NCBI RefSeq assembly: GCF_963921235.1
Contig: NC_086097.1
Span: 115,012,001-115,076,000 of the forward strand
Direction of reading: 5' to 3'
DNA from: Mobula hypostoma
Taxonomy: Eukaryota
Length of the DNA stretch: 64,000 bases
In this document: in pieces, positions 24,790-38,965 of the stretch
Numbering within the stretch: the stretch's first letter is position 1
How the letters are laid out: every line of letters starts with the position of its first letter
The notes under the pieces: model-generated
Told to the model about the DNA's origin: nothing
Databases searched by the model: none
Seen by the model: only the letters and a program-made list of their open reading frames with translations
Translations under genes and position numbers: made by a program

Positions 24790-27700
24790 CAGCAGTTTTC
24801 ATTGATCCATCACAGAAGTTCCAGACATCTTTCTTTTAAGCTGTAGATAGTGGAATTTTGAGGGGGTTCTTGGTAATTTGAAGCCTTTAAGATCCTGAAG
24901 AGAAGAACACCACTGTGGCCACTGTTCATGTTTCTCTTCAGGGAGTGGGACATCCTACCCACAAGTGTCCAAGGTCAACTCTTTTAACATGAAGCATCCC
25001 TGGATACTGACTGGAGCAGCAAATCCAAAATGGTCAACCAGGCTGTTAATGGTCAATAGCACTCCACTACACATAAAGGGTCTTTTAGTATCAGAGATCT
25101 AGAACATAAGGGTGTTGGTAATGAGTTCCCATCCATGGCCCAGACTATGCTGTATCAGACGGAGGTCCTGTACAAGATCAAGATTCTGTAGGTCTTTGGT
25201 CAGCAGTTCAGATGTGAGATGTTGCATGACCTCTGCATTTCAACATTCCTAATATTTTATTAGGAATTCAAAGAGATTTAGTTTGTCAACTAAAACACTC
25301 AAACTTCTATAGATGCACCATGGAGAGCATTCTGACAGGCTGCAACACTGTCTCATATGGGGGTGGTACTGCTGAGGACCGAAAGAAGCTACAGAAAGTC
25401 ATAAAATTAGTCAGCTCCATTTTGGGTACTAGCCTCCTTAGTACTCAAGACATTTTCAAGGAGCGATGCCTCAGAATGGCAGCGTCCATTATTAAGGACC
25501 CCCAACGTCCAGTGCATGCCCTTTTCTCATTGTTACTATCAGGAAGGAGGAATGTTGAAGACCATCATCAACATTGAAATGTCTTTCTGTGTTGCAGTCC
25601 CCAATTCATCTCTCCCTCAGTAGCTGTCCTCTTAAGGCTATAGATTGCCACAGCTGGCGAAGAACAGTTACCAGATACCTGAACTCTCACGTGGTACTGC
25701 AGAATCTTGTCCATTTGGTGGTCACAAAACCACAAGTATCTGATGTAGTTTGAATGATCCTCTCTCACTCGGAAGCTGTGGGACATTTGTTCAATGTCTA
25801 CCATTACTGTGACAAACTCACTTCTGAAGCACATCACAACCCCAAGCAGACTACCATTGAGGTCTGTACCCCGCAGAAGCACATTTTTCAGTGATATACC
25901 TCTGAACTCTGCACTTGAATTAAAGACCATTCTTAATTTTACAGGCATCCTGGGATGGTACACATTATGTTGGAAAAATACCAGTTTGCTTTGTTAGGAT
26001 TTGGTGGAGGAGGTACAGTAGCTCAGCTTGTTCATACTTGGAGAGTCTCTTTATGAACTCCACATAATTATCATTCGTTTCTAGTTTCCTTCTCAATCTT
26101 CAACTGAGGGAGAAGAATTGACTCAGGGCTGGCTCTCTGTTGCTTGGTTGGAGTGGCTGTGGACAGCAGAAAGGAACGGAAGCTACCTAATTGTTTGTCT
26201 CATCTTTGCTAAACTCTTTGTTCATGAGTCGAAGGACATCCTCATCTTTGATGTAAGGTGCCCGCTTATAATCATCTTCTGAGTGACAGAAGACTTGCTT
26301 GCCTAAATCTGGTTGAACAGAGGTAAGCATATCAAGGGCTTGGTTTGTTTATCTACAATCTACTCTTTCATACAGATTCTACTCTCACAGGGTCCGAAAT
26401 GACTTGGCTTCCAGTTCTCCAGGACATTAGTCTTAAATGTGCTGACAGTGGACTGATGAGCACCATCAAGGCAGACTTCACCCACAGTTACCCAGCCCAG
26501 GTCCAATCATTGGGCATAAAGTGCGTTGTGCTGACAACTGCACTGTTCACATACCTTATGTGCATGGATGGTGAATCTCAGGAGAATCTCAGCAGAAGAG
26601 TCAAGTAGGGGAGCCTTGTCAACTGCGTCCCTATGATGTGAATGACTGTGTGCAGCTTCAGGAGTTGGGATTCCAACCCTGTTGTTGGGAATATGGTTGC
26701 ACTCAATGAGGGTTGGCAAGGGTAAGCAGACCTCCCCTCCTGTTGACTCCACGACAGATCCATTGGCTCTTCTTCTGGCAACATTTGATGTTCCAACACA
26801 TGTCTTTAGAGCATATGAGGAAAGAGGATTTTGAACTGAATATGTCAAAGAAAGTTGATTTTACCAAAGACACATTGCTCTGATCATCTGATATCACATA
26901 TGCCTTTATTTTTTGCTCAGGGTATCCGTTCAGGTAGCTGCTGACCAGACATATCTTAGAGCACGATTTGCCTTGGAAGCTTTCCCCCATACCTCTGTGC
27001 GTGAGGATGTTGCTACATCTGATGGATGTAGCTGGCCCCCCAGCGAGCTCTGCTGTGGGAGTGCTGAAACCAGTAGCCAAAGATGCCGGCCCTGATTGAA
27101 GTGTTGATATGTGCTGGTCGTTGTTGCACTCAGTGCAGTTTTTCATAGCTTTACAGCCTTTTGTTTGGTGTGCACAACATTTGAAACACATTGAGTGCTC
27201 TTTTAAAATGTATCTCCAGTGTGCAAGGTTTTTTTTCTCTGAATCCTCTGCATTTCCTTAAGGACTAAGGTTTCTTATGGGCAGGGCATTGTCTATTGAG
27301 TTTCAGATTAGCATTTTCTATTTCAATTTTGCTGACCATGATAAAGATTTTGGTTTTCGTGTATTTACTGGAGGCTTCTCTTTGAGTGAGTTGCTGCTGG
27401 AAGTTTAGAGCATAAAACTAGGGGCATTTCGCATTTCTGCACGGCGGAAGATGAATTCCACAAATAAAGAAAATGTGGATAGTGGGCATGATGCTTTGTT
27501 TTATACCCGAAACCACTGTACTTGGATATTGTTGAGTAGTTTCTTCACTAGAGAGTCTATTCCTCTTGCTGTGTTGAAGAAACTCAGTCCTAGTAGGTAG
27601 CCCTCATCTTTTGATGCTTGCAGTTCTGACAACAGATCTGCAAGTTCCTATAACTTCTGTGGTTCTTTGCGTGAGAGGTTTGGAAAATTATCAAGTCTAC

Positions 27701-30700
27701 TGAAGAGAGATTCTTCAATTGCTTCTGGAGAGCCATAACATTTGTCCAGCTTCTGCCAGAGCTTTTGCAAAGCCATAACTGGATTATTAATGTACACTGC
27801 CGAACCCTTCTTGCATGTATAAGAAATAAGGAGCTTGACCATATTACACTTTTACAGATTGTCAGGTATGATGTTGTGGGCATCACTGAATTGTGGCTGT
27901 AGTTGGGAGCTGAATATCCAAGATTACACATTGTATTGGCAGGATAAGGAGGTAGGCAGAGGAGGTGGCATGGCTCTGCTGGCAAAGAATGGCAACAAAT
28001 CATTAGAAAGACATGACATAGGATGGGAAGATATTGAATCCTTGTGGGTTGAGTTGAGAAAATACAAGGGTAGAAGGAACCTGGTGGCAGTTACCTCCTG
28101 GTGTCCAAACAGTAGCTGAGATTTGGACTACAGATAGCAATGGGAAATAGAAAAGGGATGTCACACGTGCAAACTTATGATGGTCATGGGAGATTTTAAC
28201 ATGGATGTGGACGAGGAAAATCAGGTTGGTAATGAATCTCAAGAGAGTGAAATTGTTGACTGCCTACGAGATGACTTTTTAGAGCAGTTTGTCATTAAGT
28301 CTAATAGTGGATCAGCTATACTGGATTGAGTGTTATGTAAAGAACCAGAGGCCTTAGGAAGCAGTGATCACAATATGATTGAGCTCAACTTGAAATTTAA
28401 TAAGGAGAAAGTTAAATCTGATGTAGCAGCATTTCTGTGAAGTACAGGAAATTACAGTGGTATGAGAGAGGAGTTGGCCAAAATAAATTGGAACAAGATG
28501 CTGGCAGGGATGACAGCAGAGCAGCAATGGCTTGAGTTTCTGGGGAAAAAATGAGGGAAGTGCAGGAAAGATGTATTCCAAAAACAAAAAAAAACCCAAA
28601 TGGCAAAAAAGTACAACCGTGGCTGACAAGGGAAGTTAAAAGCTAAGGTAAAAGCAAAAGAGAGGGCATACAATGAATCAAAAATTAGCGGGAAGATGGA
28701 TGATTGGAATGCTTTTAAAAACCTACAGAAAGCATCTAAAATAATTATTAGGAGGGAAAAGTTAAATATGAAAGCAAACAATATCAAGGTTTACAGAAAA
28801 ATCTTTATAAAAAGTAAAAGAGAGATGAGAGAAAATGAGGCAGGAGAAATAATAACAGAGGACAAAGAGATGGCGGATGAACTAAATGAATATCTTGCAT
28901 CAGTGCTCACAGTGGAAGACACTAGCAGTGTGCCAGATGTTGAAAGGTGCGAGGGACAAGAAGTGAGTGCAGCTACGATTACAAGGGAGAAGGTGCTCAA
29001 AAAGTGGAAAGGCTTAAAGGTACATAAGTCGCCGGATCAGATGAGCTGCACCCAAGGGTTCTGAAAGAGGTAGTGGTAGAGATTGTGGAGGCATTAGTAA
29101 TGATCTTTCAAGAACTCTGGCATAGTTCCAGATGACTAGAAAAGTCAAATGTCACTCCACTCTCTAAGAAAGGAAGAAAGCAGCAGAAAGGAAATTATAG
29201 ACTAGTTAGCCCGACCTCAGTGGTTGGGAAGATGGAGTCAATTGTTAAGGATGAGGTTATGGAGTACTTAATGACACAGGACAAAATAGGGCAAAATCAG
29301 CATTATTTTTCTTAAGGGAAAATTTTGCCTGACAAACCTGTTGGAATTCTTTAGGACATTACAAGTAGGTTAGATAAAGGGGATGCAGTGGATGTTGTAT
29401 ATTTGGACTTTCAGAAGTCCTTTGATAAGGTGCCACACATGAGGCTGCTTACCAAGTTAGGAGCCCATGGTATTACAGGAAAGTTACTAACATGGATAGA
29501 GCATTGGCTGATTGGAAGGAGGCAGTGAGTGGGAATAAAAGGATCCTTTTCTGGTTGGCTGCAAGTGGTGTTCCGCAATGGGTTGCTTTTGGGACTGCTT
29601 CTTTTTATGCTGTATATCAGTGATTTAGATGTTGGAATAGATAGCTTTGTTGCCAAGTTTGCAGGTAGATACAAAGATCTGTGGAGAGGCAGGTAGTATT
29701 GAGGAAACAGGAAGGCAGCAGAATGACTATGACAGATCAGGAGAATAGGCAAGAAAGTGCTAAATGAAATACAATTTGGAAAATGCTTGGTTATGCACTT
29801 TAGTAGAAGAAATAAATGTGCAGACAATTTTCTAAAAGGGGAGAAAACCCCAAAATCTGAGATGCAAAGGGTCTTGGGAGTCCTGTACAGAACAGCCTAA
29901 AGGTTAACTTGCAGGTAGAGTCAGTGAGGAAGAAGGCAGATGCAATGTTAGCATTCATTTCAAGAGGTCTAGAATACAAGAGCAGGGATGCGATGCTGAG
30001 GCTTTATAAGGCACTGCTGAGACCTCACCTTGAGTATTTTGAACTGTTTTGGGCTCCTCATCCAAGAAAATATGTGTTGGCATTGAAGAAGGTTCAGAGG
30101 AGGTTAACAAAGGTGATTCCGGAAAAGAAAAGGTTATCATATGAGGAACGATTGATGGCTCTGTGCCTGTACTCATTAGAATTTAGAAGGATGAGGGGGG
30201 ATCTCATTGAAACATTTTGAACGTTGAAAGGTCTAGAAAGAGTAGTTATTGAAAGGATGTTTCCCATGGCGGGGGAGTCTAAGACAAAAGAGTTCAGCCT
30301 CAGGGTAGAGGAGCTTCCATTTAAAACAGAGATGCGGAGAGATTTCTTTAGCCGGAGGGTAGTGAATTTGTGGAAATTGTTACCACAGGCATCTGTGGAG
30401 GCCAAGTTGTTGGGGGTATTTAAGGTGGAGATTGATAGGTTCTTGACTGGCCACAGCATCAAAGGCTATGGGAAGACGGACGAGGAGTGGGGCTGAAGAG
30501 GTGTAAAAAGGATCAGCCATGATTGAATGGTGGAGCAGACTCGATGGGCCAAATGGCCAAGTTCTGCCCTTATATCTTATGGTTTTATGGTCTTATGTTG
30601 CAGTGATTCCCCATCAAGCCACTTACAGAGAAGCTCTAACTCTTCACTAGGCTTGAGGCTTAGTCTTTCCATGGCATTGAGCAAGCTTGACTTCCAGGAA

Positions 30701-31814
30701 AGATAACTGGCAGGCTAGTTGTCAAACACTTCTAGTCCTGCTGTGACTAGGTGTCGACAAGCCAGGAACTAAGCCAAATATAATGCATCTGCGGCTCCTG
30801 GATGAGAGCTTTGTGGAGACAGGTTTGCCAAATGTGTGTCCTGGGATGGGTCGAAGTTCAGTCTGTCTATGTCTGTATAGATCGGATGGGCATCAGTAGC
30901 ATCTCTTGACTGAAGGTCTTTGCTGTTCAGTATCAATACCTGGACTATGTGACAGATTTGTTGGTTGAGCTGTGAAGAAAACTTCTCCATGAAGAGCTGA
31001 AGAATCCTCCTTTTCAAAATGTGTTCAGACATATTCTTTAGTAAGATGCATTGGCTGTTGCAATGGCAAAACATGACTTGGTTCGGTCGTAGACTCACAA
31101 CTGTCTAAGTCAGCTGGTGTTTCATTCACCTTTGCCTCTGTAGGGACAACCTCAGCTTCATGCCTTTCCTTGAGTGCACTTAATGTAGCCTCTACACGTG
31201 CTCACTCTATGTCTACACATGCTTTCTGCATGTGCATCTCAATTTCATACCTTGCATGCACGGCTCTCATTCTTGCCACTTCACCTTTGGCATGAGCCTG
31301 TGCTGCAACTGTACTATTTGTTGTTTTGCTTGAGCATTGCAAAGACACAGTCGATAAGACACATTCTGACCTGACCTCCAGGTCGTGGTGATTGATGACA
31401 CTTGGGTTGAATGCTGACATTATCATCAACAGTGTTCAGACACGTCTCCTGTCTAGGGTAGTGCCTTTGAAAGTGATTTATCTTTTCACTTTACTGCCCT
31501 CACAGTGGGTGTGGACACAGCTATACAGCGAGCTAAACAACTTCTTGAAAATTGCCCTAGCTGGAAGCTTTATTCAGGGTTTTCAATGAGATTTCTTTTC
31601 AGTGAAAAGATCTTGTTGTTTCAAGGGCAAATAACGAGTGGATGGAGATGTACTGTTTGTCTTTCCAATGTGTGCATCAGATCAAAGTAAAAACTAACAC
31701 GCACAGCAAATAATACAAAAGACAGCTTACCTAGAGGAAGTGATGCTCATACAAAATAAACTGTATCTCTAGAGGCCAGAACAAATAGAATTATGGCAGC
31801 TAACTAGTTTCACA
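24790..31814 (-). mobile_element. Decayed BEL/Pao LTR retrotransposon split by a CR1 and a Rex fragment (~25260-25550)
   Basis: Gag knuckles CFKCC..HQTKGC/CTECNNDQH; protease VISDDQSNVSL; Pao-type RT KLRMVFNSSA..SLKNVLLRGTDL..FR..DIEQM; downstream GVLLTINSLVDHFGFAAPV; possible 5' LTR ~31495-31814. Confidence 0.85.
27841..30595 (+). mobile_element. CR1 LINE (ORF2 only, many lesions) inserted in the BEL gag
   Basis: APE and RT remnants (MGDFN, YLDFQKSFD, RPHLEY); tail TCTTATGGTTTTATGGTCTTA; removal restores in-frame BEL GESLQQVKLL. Confidence 0.9.
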
Positions 31815-32789
31815 AATCTCAGTGGGACGCTAGTTAAGGTAGCTGTTTTCCCATCCCAGCCTGCTCCTTGGCATTATAAAACCAAGATGCTGGAAATGCA
31901 GAGCAATACACAAAATGCTGGACGAACTCAGCAGGCTAGGCAGCATTAATGGAAAGGAGCAAACAGTCGATGGGATGGGCTGAGGTCCTTTACTGGGACT
32001 GGAAAGGAAGTGGGAAGAAGTTAGAATAAGAGGTAGGGGTAGAGGAAGGAGTAAAAGCTGGCTGGAGGGACGTGAAGATGTGGTTAGGTGGTGGAAGAGG
32101 GATGAAGTGAAATGCTGAGTGGTGATAGGAGGAACGGGTAAAGGGCTACTCATAGCTTGGCATATCCTGTCATCCGACACTGTTATTATCATATTAATCC
32201 ACACCATAAATAACATCTTTAACATCTTCCTGGTCTGTGGAAAATCTGTGAGAAGGGAAGAAGGAGGATAAAAGCTAGAATGAATGAAAATTACACTCAG
32301 TGGCCACTTCAGTAGGTACACCTGTACACCTGTTCATTAATGCTAATACATAATCAGTCAATCATGTGGCAGCAACTCAATGCATAAAAACATGCAGGCA
32401 TGGTAAAGAGGTTCCGTTCAAACATCAGAATGGGGAAGAAATGTGATCTATGTGACTGACCATGGAATGATTGCTGGTGCCAGACGGGATGTTTTGAGTA
32501 TCTCAGAAACTGCTGACCTCCTGGGATTTTCATGCGTGAGTTTACCTAGAATGATGTGAAAAACAACGACAAAAAAATGAGTTAGTGTTACTTCTGTGGA
32601 TGGAAAAAGACTTGTTAATGGGAGAGGTCAGAGGAGAAAATCCAGCTGGTTCAAGCTCACACTGATAGTAACTCAAATAATCACACATTGTAACAGTGAT
32701 GTGTAAAAGAGCATCTTCGAATAACCAACACATTGTACCTTGAAGTGGATTGGCGACAGCAGCAGAGGACCACATACATACACTCAATG

Positions 32790-33305
32790 GCAGAATTAGA
32801 CCACTTGCTTATTGAGTCCACTCTACTCGTTCATCATGGCTGATCCACTTTCCCTCTCAAACCCAATTTCCCACCTTTTCCCCATATCCCTTTAAACCTT
32901 GTTTAATCAAAAATCTATCAACCTCTGCCTTAAGTATATCCAGTGACTTAGCTTCCACTGTCACATGTGGCAACAAATTCCACAGATTCACCACTCTTTG
33001 GCTAAAGAAATTCATCCAAATCTCCATTCTAAAGGGGCACCCCTTTATTCTCAGGTTGTATCCTCATCTTAGTCTCTTACCATAGGAAACATCCTCTTCA
33101 CATCCACTCTATCCAGGCCTTTCAACATTCAATAGGTTTCAATGAGGTCACCACTTATTCAGAATTCCAGTGAGTAGAGGTCTAGAGCCATCAAACGCTC
33201 CTCATATGACATCTTTCTATCCTTTTTGTGAGCCTCTTTTGAACACTTCCAAGGTCAGCACATCCTTTCTTAGATAAGGGGTCCAAAACTGCTCACAATA
33301 CTCAA
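32790..33305 (-). mobile_element. CR1 3' fragment
   Basis: Homologous to 975-1457 (CAAATTCCACAGATTCACCACTCT..., TTCAACATTCAATAGGTTTCAATGAG). Confidence 0.75.
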
Positions 33306-34065
33306 TGGGTCAGGAAGCATTTGTGGAGGCAGATGGATAGTTGACATCTCAAGCCAAGACCTGGCATCAGGACAGACCAATAAAGTATTAAGATCTGTGG
33401 GGAAAGTTGTAAGGCAGGAAATGCCAGGCGATAAATGGATCCAGGTGACAGATAGAGTCAATTGACAGGAGGAAGAAGCATGGATATGACAGAGGCTAGA
33501 AGGTGACAAGTGAAAACAACAGAGGGCTGCGGATCCAGGAATTTGTTAACTAGGAAGCTGATGAGTGGAACCAGAAAAGTGGGGGATGATGGGCAGATGA
33601 AAACAGCAAGGATGGAGCGTGAAAAGTCAGGCACAGGCTGAATTGAGCTGCCGAGTCCAGGCCCAAGAGCGTATTGAAGCGACAGAACATGATGTTCAGA
33701 TAGAGATTTACAGGCCAAATCGAGGTGGACTGAGATTTAAGCAGTGGTCAGATTGAAAAGGTCGGGGTGTTGGGGCCTTAGGTGAGGTACAAGCCCGTTC
33801 AGATTGCTGCTCCACGATGTTTTCTTGGCTCAGTGCTGAACTATGGGACTGTCTTGCAGACTTCAGTTCAGAAACACGATTCACTTGCAATTACTATTTG
33901 CATGATGTTTTTTCTCGAGTCTTTTTAATGGGTTATTTTATTTTATTCTTTTATTTTTATGAGTTCTTTTTAACGGGTATGATGTGGTTTTTATTCTCTG
34001 CACTTTGGATGTTAGACAGTCTTCTTTATATATTTTCCTTGGGGGGATATCTTTGTTTCGTGGCT

Positions 34066-34245
34066 ACACTCACGACACGCTGGTGGAACTCAGCAGGTTG
34101 GGCAGCATCCGTGGAAAAGATCGGTCGACGTTTCCGGCCGGAACCCTCGACCGATCTTTTCCATGGATGCTGCCCGATCTGCTGAGTTCCTCCAGCGTGT
34201 TGTGAGTGTTGCTTTGACCCCAACATCTGCAGATTATTTTGTGTT
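34066..34245. mobile_element. 180-bp palindromic PLE mini-insertion
   Basis: 14-bp TSD TTTGTTTCGTGGCT (34052-34065 / 34246-34259); ~63-bp inverted arms 34066-34128 and 34147-34209. Confidence 0.9.
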
Positions 34246-35365
34246 TTTGTTTCGTGGCTGCCTGTTAGGAGATGAACTCAAAGTTGTATAGCGTATTCGT
34301 ACTGTAATAATAAATCTACTCTGAACATTTGAACTTCTGTTTTTCTTACTCACCTCTCCACAGCAGAAAAGGGGTAGTGTTTTCCGTCCTTCCTATTCAC
34401 CCTATCAGCCTGCACGTACAGCACATCATTCTTCGGCATTTTGCTGCACGGTAGCATTGAAAATCACGCAATGCTTTACAGCTCCAGGTGTAAGACAGGG
34501 ATTCAATTCTTGCTGTTTTCTGTAAGGGGTTTGTACATTCTTCCTGTGACCACATGGTATTCTCCTCGTGCTGCAGTTTGCTTCTGCATTCCAAGAACAT
34601 ATGGTTGGGGTAGGCGAGCTGCAAGCTCGGTATGTTGGTGCCAAAAGCACAGTGACACTTCCAGCTTGCCCAGCACAATCCTCGTTCATTTGACAACCCA
34701 AATGATGCATTTCACTGTATGTTTTTATGTACATGTGACAAATAAAGCTAATCTTTATCTTTATTTCCATCAGCAGCTTTGTAAGCATGTCGCCAATCAC
34801 ATCATGCCCCTCACCCCACCTCTTTGTGCTTTCTACAAGTAACAAACTCTCCATAACTCCTTGGTTCATGCATTCCTCCCCGCACACATCTTCCCAATGA
34901 TGACAATTTGCCCTGCAAATGGTGCAGCACCTGTCCCTACACCCCTCTCAGTTGTACCTTATGTAGACATCCGTTAGTCTCATGAGACCATGGATTTGGG
35001 CCTTGAAAAGTTTCCAGGGCACAGGCCTGGGCAAAGTTGTATGGAAGACCAGCAGTTGCCCTGCTGCAAGTCTCCTCTCTCCACACACCGATGTTGTCCA
35101 AGGGAAGGGCATTAGGACCCATACAGCTTTGTCCTTGGCAAGATAGAGCCTGCCTGTCAGCCTTGTTCACCTTTGAGTGTGAAAAGGCTCTTGCCCATCT
35201 CCCTTACCATACACTCATACCATCAATCCCTCTAATCTCCTGTGTCAGCTAGTCACTGTAAGCAATTTTTCCTGTAAGTACATCTTTGTGCTGAAAATAG
35301 CAAAGAATTTATTGCCTCATGTTACGTACAGTACAAGTGTGACCATTTATTATTGATCTCTAATG

Positions 35366-35367
<2 letters not shown>

Positions 35368-35406
<39 letters not shown>

Positions 35407-35457
35407 TGTGTGTGAATGTGTGTGTGTGTGTGTGTGTGTATGTGTGTGTGTGTGTGC
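35368..35457. repeat. (TG)n microsatellite
   Basis: About 90 bp of nearly pure TG repeat. Confidence 0.98.
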
Positions 35458-37044
35458 GCACGCACGCGCGCCTGCATGCATGTGTATAGGGAAGAAGGGA
35501 GCTATTCCTCAATGTGGGTTTGTATCTGTTGAGGATCTGGTAGATGTGTGATGACCAGCCCTCATTGTGGACATGTGTATGTGTGGGAGTGCCAAGAAAT
35601 GTGATAGTGAGATGAATAACTGGATGATAGCCACTTTATGAGGTACATCTGTACACCTGATCATTATTGCAAATATTCAATCAGCCAATCATGTGGTATC
35701 AACTCAATACATAAAAGCATGCAGGCATAGTCAAGTGGTTCAATTGTTATTCAGACCAAACATCAGAATGGGGAAGAAATGTGACTTTGAATGTGGAATA
35801 ATTGTTGGTGCCAGATGGGATGGTTCGAGTACCTCAGAAATTGCTAATCTCCCGGGATTTTCATGTACAACAGTCTCCAGAGTTTACAGAGAATAGAGCA
35901 TAAAACAAAAAAAGAAACATCCAGGAAGTGACGAAAGTGCCTTGTTAATGAGAGAGGTCAGAGGAGAATAGCCAGACTGGGTCAAGCTGACAGGAAGGTG
36001 ACAGTAACTCAAATAACCATGCACTACAACAGTGGTGTGCAGTAGTTCATCTCTGAATGCACAACATGTCGAACCTTGAACTGAATAGGCAACAGCAGCA
36101 GAAGACCACAAGCATACACATACTGGCCATTTTATCAGGTACAGGTGGTGCCTAATAAAGTGGCCACGAAGTGTATTTGGCAGTTCAGGATACTTATCTT
36201 CACACATATGACCCATTACCACTATTAGTATTGGTCGGTGCTCCTCCTACCAGCTCTATCAAGATATTGTTGTTGAAGTCCTTGTGATTGTCTCAATTAA
36301 ATCTTCAAGGTCCCTTTGTGTTCACCTGATTCTCACCAGCTGTAGCCCTCATAACTGGCTTTCCACAGAATGCCCATTTGAGGGTTTGAATCCTGTGTGT
36401 TAGCAGTGTGGCTAGGTATTAGCAGCTGTGCTAAATTGATTTGGACAGAAATATCACGAGTACCCTTATTAAGAAACAGTGTCTGGTGAGAATGAACTTA
36501 CATTGTTGAATCAAGATCACAACTGATAACTAAGGCATTAATACTGAAATGGTGATGCTGAACCTTCCAACAATATGTTAGTGCTTCCACTATAGCGTTA
36601 ATTAATCTCTCAGCCACAGTTTTTTAAACCTCTGACAATAGTTGGAAATTAGATTTTACTATCTATCATCATACCAATTTCACATCAAAAACCTTCCATG
36701 GTAACAAGCAAGACCCATGATTAAGCAGCAAGATATAAATGAGTTTTTCATTCAGATTCACATAGAAAGTTGGCTGAAGCTTCTTGTACTGTAGCCAGTA
36801 ATGAGAATTAGACATTTCATAGATTCAGCTTTATCACAGAATAAAAGAAATTTATTCAAAGTTTGAAGTTGAAAGTAACTTAATTATCGAACTATGTATA
36901 TGTTTTAATATAGAGTCATCTATCTTGCAGACAGTAGAACAAAGAAATACAATCGAAGAATTGAAAAACTACACACAAAGACTGGCAACCAGTGTGCAAA
37001 AGAAGACATTCTGTGCAAATATTATGACAGTGATAATAACAGTA

Positions 37045-38965
37045 AGCAAAAAGGGTGCCTTAAGGGTAGGAATGAATATAAAGAAAAACTGATAATAGAT
37101 TCTATAATTCTAATTCAAGACCGGCGGAAAAGCAGAAATCATTCATGTTGTATTTACTACAAAAAAGCATTTGGTTCTGTCCCACACTCATGGTTAATAG
37201 AAGCTCTTAATATATATACTACACCCAATACTTGTGAAATTCCTTCAGCATCTGATGAAGCATTGGCATACTATAATCACCCTATCTATTAACAACCAGA
37301 AAAAGAACAACAGCCATTATCAGATGGCTTTGTCTAGTTTTAAACCAGCTCTCCAATTTACTGAATTGGATGAAAATTGGGTATCAAATCAGAAACACAT
37401 AAACAAATTATATCTAGGCACACTTTCTACACATGGATGATTTGAAATTACACACTCCTTCATCAGTAAAGCTAAAGCAAGTTATTGAAATAGTAGTACT
37501 ATTTCCGAAAGATATAAACATGAACTTTGGACTAGATAAGTGCAGAATATTAAACATAAGGAAAGGTGCAATAGATGTAATAGAGCACAAAACAGAGCAA
37601 GAGGACACAATACAACTGATGGATGATTATGAAACATAAAGTACATGGGATTCAGCAACAAAGAAAATAAATCATAGTACGAAAAAGGGAAAACCTTTGA
37701 CAGAATTTACTTCACGGCTTAAGAAAATCTGCCAAACAGAGTCAATAGTAAAAATATAACAAAGGCAATAAATGCTTTCACGGTACCCATACTAACATAC
37801 TAGTTTGGCATAATACCTTGGTGTGAAATGGATGTGAAAAATTTACAAAGAAAATTAAGAAGTGAAATGGCAAATTTTAGAAAACACAATGTACACTCGA
37901 ATGTACTTAGATGAACTCTATCAAGGACAGAAGGAGGAAAGGAAATAACAGACATAAGAAAATTGCACAATTCAGATAAAACTTCTAAGGATATATTTTC
38001 ATCAATGAAAACAGGATTCAACACTCCACATCAGCATATGTAATTCTGATTTTAAAAAGTACACACCATTAAAATTAAATAAAAGCACACCCCAGAAAAA
38101 TGAAGAAATTATCACTTTTGAAAAAAGGTTTAGCAATGGAAGAGCATGACCCTCCATGGAAGACATCACAGACCTGAGAAGACTAGATGTCGACAAGGAA
38201 GTTTTGAAAACCTGGCTCAGAGTTGGAGATCTCTTTCCAGAAGCAGAAGGATTACTTGTGGCAATACAGGACCAGGTGGTTAACACTAAAAACATCAAAA
38301 TACATGATAAAAGACCAACAAATTCAAGCTGATAAATGCAGAAAATGACCAAGAGAAACCAGAAACAATCCAACACATTACAGGATCCTGTAGCAGTTTA
38401 ACTCAATCTGATTAATTACACAGACACAATCAAGTAGCAAACATCTTTCACCAAGATCTTGCTTTCAAATACAAATTCATAAAAGACACCATGCCTTACT
38501 ATAAGTACAAGCCTGATACAGTTTTCAAGTCAGAGTCTCACAGATTATATTACAACCAATTAGTTATTACAAATAGGACAATCCATAATAACCATCTGGA
38601 TATAATAATACAGGATAAACAATCAAGAACAACTTACTCAATTGGTATGGCCATTCCAAACACATGACATAAAGAAATCAATAAGTCAAAAACACCAGAA
38701 ATATGCTGAATTAAAAGAGGAAATTGAAAGACTCTGGAACATTAACAGGGTATACATTGTCCCAATATTAATATCTACAAATGGTATCATCCCGAAGTCA
38801 CTGTACAATAGTATTAAATACTGGCCTACACAAAAATAGTTATGTGAATCTCCAGAAAGCCACAATACTAATCACCACTAGAATAGTCTGAAAGCTCCTA
38901 GGAATTGAGAAATGAATGTGTTTGGCTAGTCCAGTCATTAGGTCTTAACGGCTTGAGCTGAGAAG
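37045..38965 (+). mobile_element. R4/Dong-type non-LTR retrotransposon (RT plus restriction-like endonuclease), decayed
   Basis: KAFGSVPHSWL, MDDLKL, MNFGLDKC, AIQDQV, ETIQHITGSC..RHNQVA (CCHC remnant), KHQKYAELKEEIERLW..IVPILISTNG, LQKATIL; TAA-rich flanks. Confidence 0.85.

Noticed and set aside
35363..35551. Cys/Val-rich ORF
   Set aside because: Translation of a (TG)n microsatellite.
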